A DNA stretch of 64,000 nt from Podarcis gaigeae (Eukaryota). The number at the start of each line of letters is the position of its first letter. Positions within the stretch are counted from its first letter, which is position 1. Below are positions 62,644 to 64,000 of this stretch, one piece after another. A program made the position numbers and the translations under genes. The notes under the pieces were generated by a model. The model was not told the DNA's origin. It worked only from the letters and a program-made list of their open reading frames with translations, and did no database searches. The stretch lies in the NCBI GenBank assembly GCA_964106915.2, contig OZ066918.1. The stretch is one strand, 5' to 3'.

Positions 62644-63699
62644 TACAATTCTATGCCTGCTTACTTGACAGTAAGTCACTGAGTGTGAACAGGACTGCAG
62701 CCTAAACTGATTAATTGCCCTGTATTTGAACTTTTGCACAGATACTTTAGAACCCTGGGTGAACAAGAATCATTATTTCTCTTTGGTGTTGCCGATGTTA
62801 ATTTTGTTTTCTATTCATGGCTTCAAAAGGTTGGAAGGTGCAGCTGCTGAATCCTTTAAAAAAAAAAAGGAGGAGGAGGAGGAGGAGGAAAGAAATTCAA
62901 ATCTCTTCGAAGTTTTGGATGAATTTCAGACTCAAAACTGAGCCAAATCACAGCAAATGTATTTGCAGCCTTTCAGAACTTCGTCAGCTTTTATTCTGAT
63001 TGGAGCATGACCTGTCTTGTCCCACTTGCCCAGGAGCAAAGTTCTTTCTTGTCTCCTGACTTCATGTCAATAATGTTCGAGCTTTATTTCTCTTTTGCTT
63101 AAGCCAATGGAATTCGGGGCGGGTTTTTTGTGGCAATATTGTTTAATTGGTCTCTTGAGCTACAAGCTTCTTTCGGTGCAGGGAATTAGTCCTGGACCCT
63201 CTTCCTAGCCAGACGTCCCTATATCTGCCTGAAGCCTCCTTCTATTGGCATCTTTGTGGTTTTCCTCCACACAACCTTCTTAATCATTATATAAGTCTCC
63301 TGCCATATGCTGTTTGCGCCATGCCCATTCCCACCCCCGGCTGTTACTCTTTTATCCTTGGAAAAAATGCAAAGGAGGACGAGAGTCAATCAACCAGCTG
63401 TGGAGGTCATGAGGAGAACACATAGCAGTATGTCGAAAATAAAATATGGAATAGATGAGACAAAATACAGGTGTATAACCTCCTGCTTAGCTTTAACTCG
63501 TATAAACATGCTAAAAAATATGATGTCTCTTACATCGCCTTCAGAAAAGGCAGAGGCTTGAGAATTCTAAATAGTAGGTGCATACGAAACCTTCAGTTCC
63601 ATCTTTAGTTCTATAAGCAGTGAAGTTCTTTTTTAAAAAAAAATTCCACCTGCCATTCCTTCAGAATTATCGATCGATCACCTAAAGGTTTGACATGGC

Positions 63700-63970
63700 A
63701 CAGAGAAAGCAGGTAGAGAAAAGGTTTCCTCACTCTCTCATGACGCAAGAACTTGTGAATATCCAAGGAAGCCGAATGTTGGAAGATTCAGGACAGTTAA
63801 AATAAAGTGCTTCTTCACACAACACACAGCTGAACTGTGGAACTCATTCCCACAGGAAACACTGGTGGTCGCCAACCTGGGTGAACTGGACAAGAGAATC
63901 GGACAGATTCGTGGAGGATAAATGTTTCAGAGCATTATCAATGGCTAATGCCTCTGCAGTCAAAGACTGT
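63700..63970 (+). mobile_element. CR1-like LINE 3' fragment
   Basis: Similar to 37650-37803 (gaatgttggaagattcaggacag...ttcttcacacaac...tgtggaactca). Confidence 0.65.
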
Positions 63971-64000
63971 ATGCTTCTCACAGGAGGGGAGAGTGCTGCT

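Noticed and set aside
1-64000. Prokaryote-style systems (CRISPR arrays, operons, defence islands)
   Set aside because: The sequence is vertebrate non-coding DNA with no repeat-spacer arrays and no long gene-like ORFs

Overview
Eukaryotic, repeat-rich, apparently non-coding DNA (large intron or intergenic) from a squamate reptile, most likely a lacertid lizard. This is inferred from the repeat content: Sauria SINEs, BovB/RTE LINEs, L2 and CR1 fragments, Squam3-like SINEs, hAT and Tc1/mariner MITEs, and solo LTRs. I could not recognise any protein-coding gene, RNA gene or CRISPR array. Most ORFs in the track are chance ORFs or LINE remnants. Many insertions can be delimited exactly from terminal inverted repeats (TIRs) and target-site duplications (TSDs). 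The most unusual locus is 15.66-17.59 kb: a nested stack in which an old hAT MITE hosts a younger hAT MITE, which in turn hosts a solo LTR and an L2-type tail. It also contains a 96-bp inverted copy apparently templated locally, and the solo LTR is open in one frame over most of its length, ending in an Arg-rich motif. Other points of note are a hAT element carrying a captured BovB piece, two BovB copies truncated at nearly the same point (one with a fold-back junction), and several CpG-retaining unique segments that may be conserved regulatory elements. Family names come from pattern recognition, not database searches. I see no firm evidence of a new biological system; the leads below are hypotheses.
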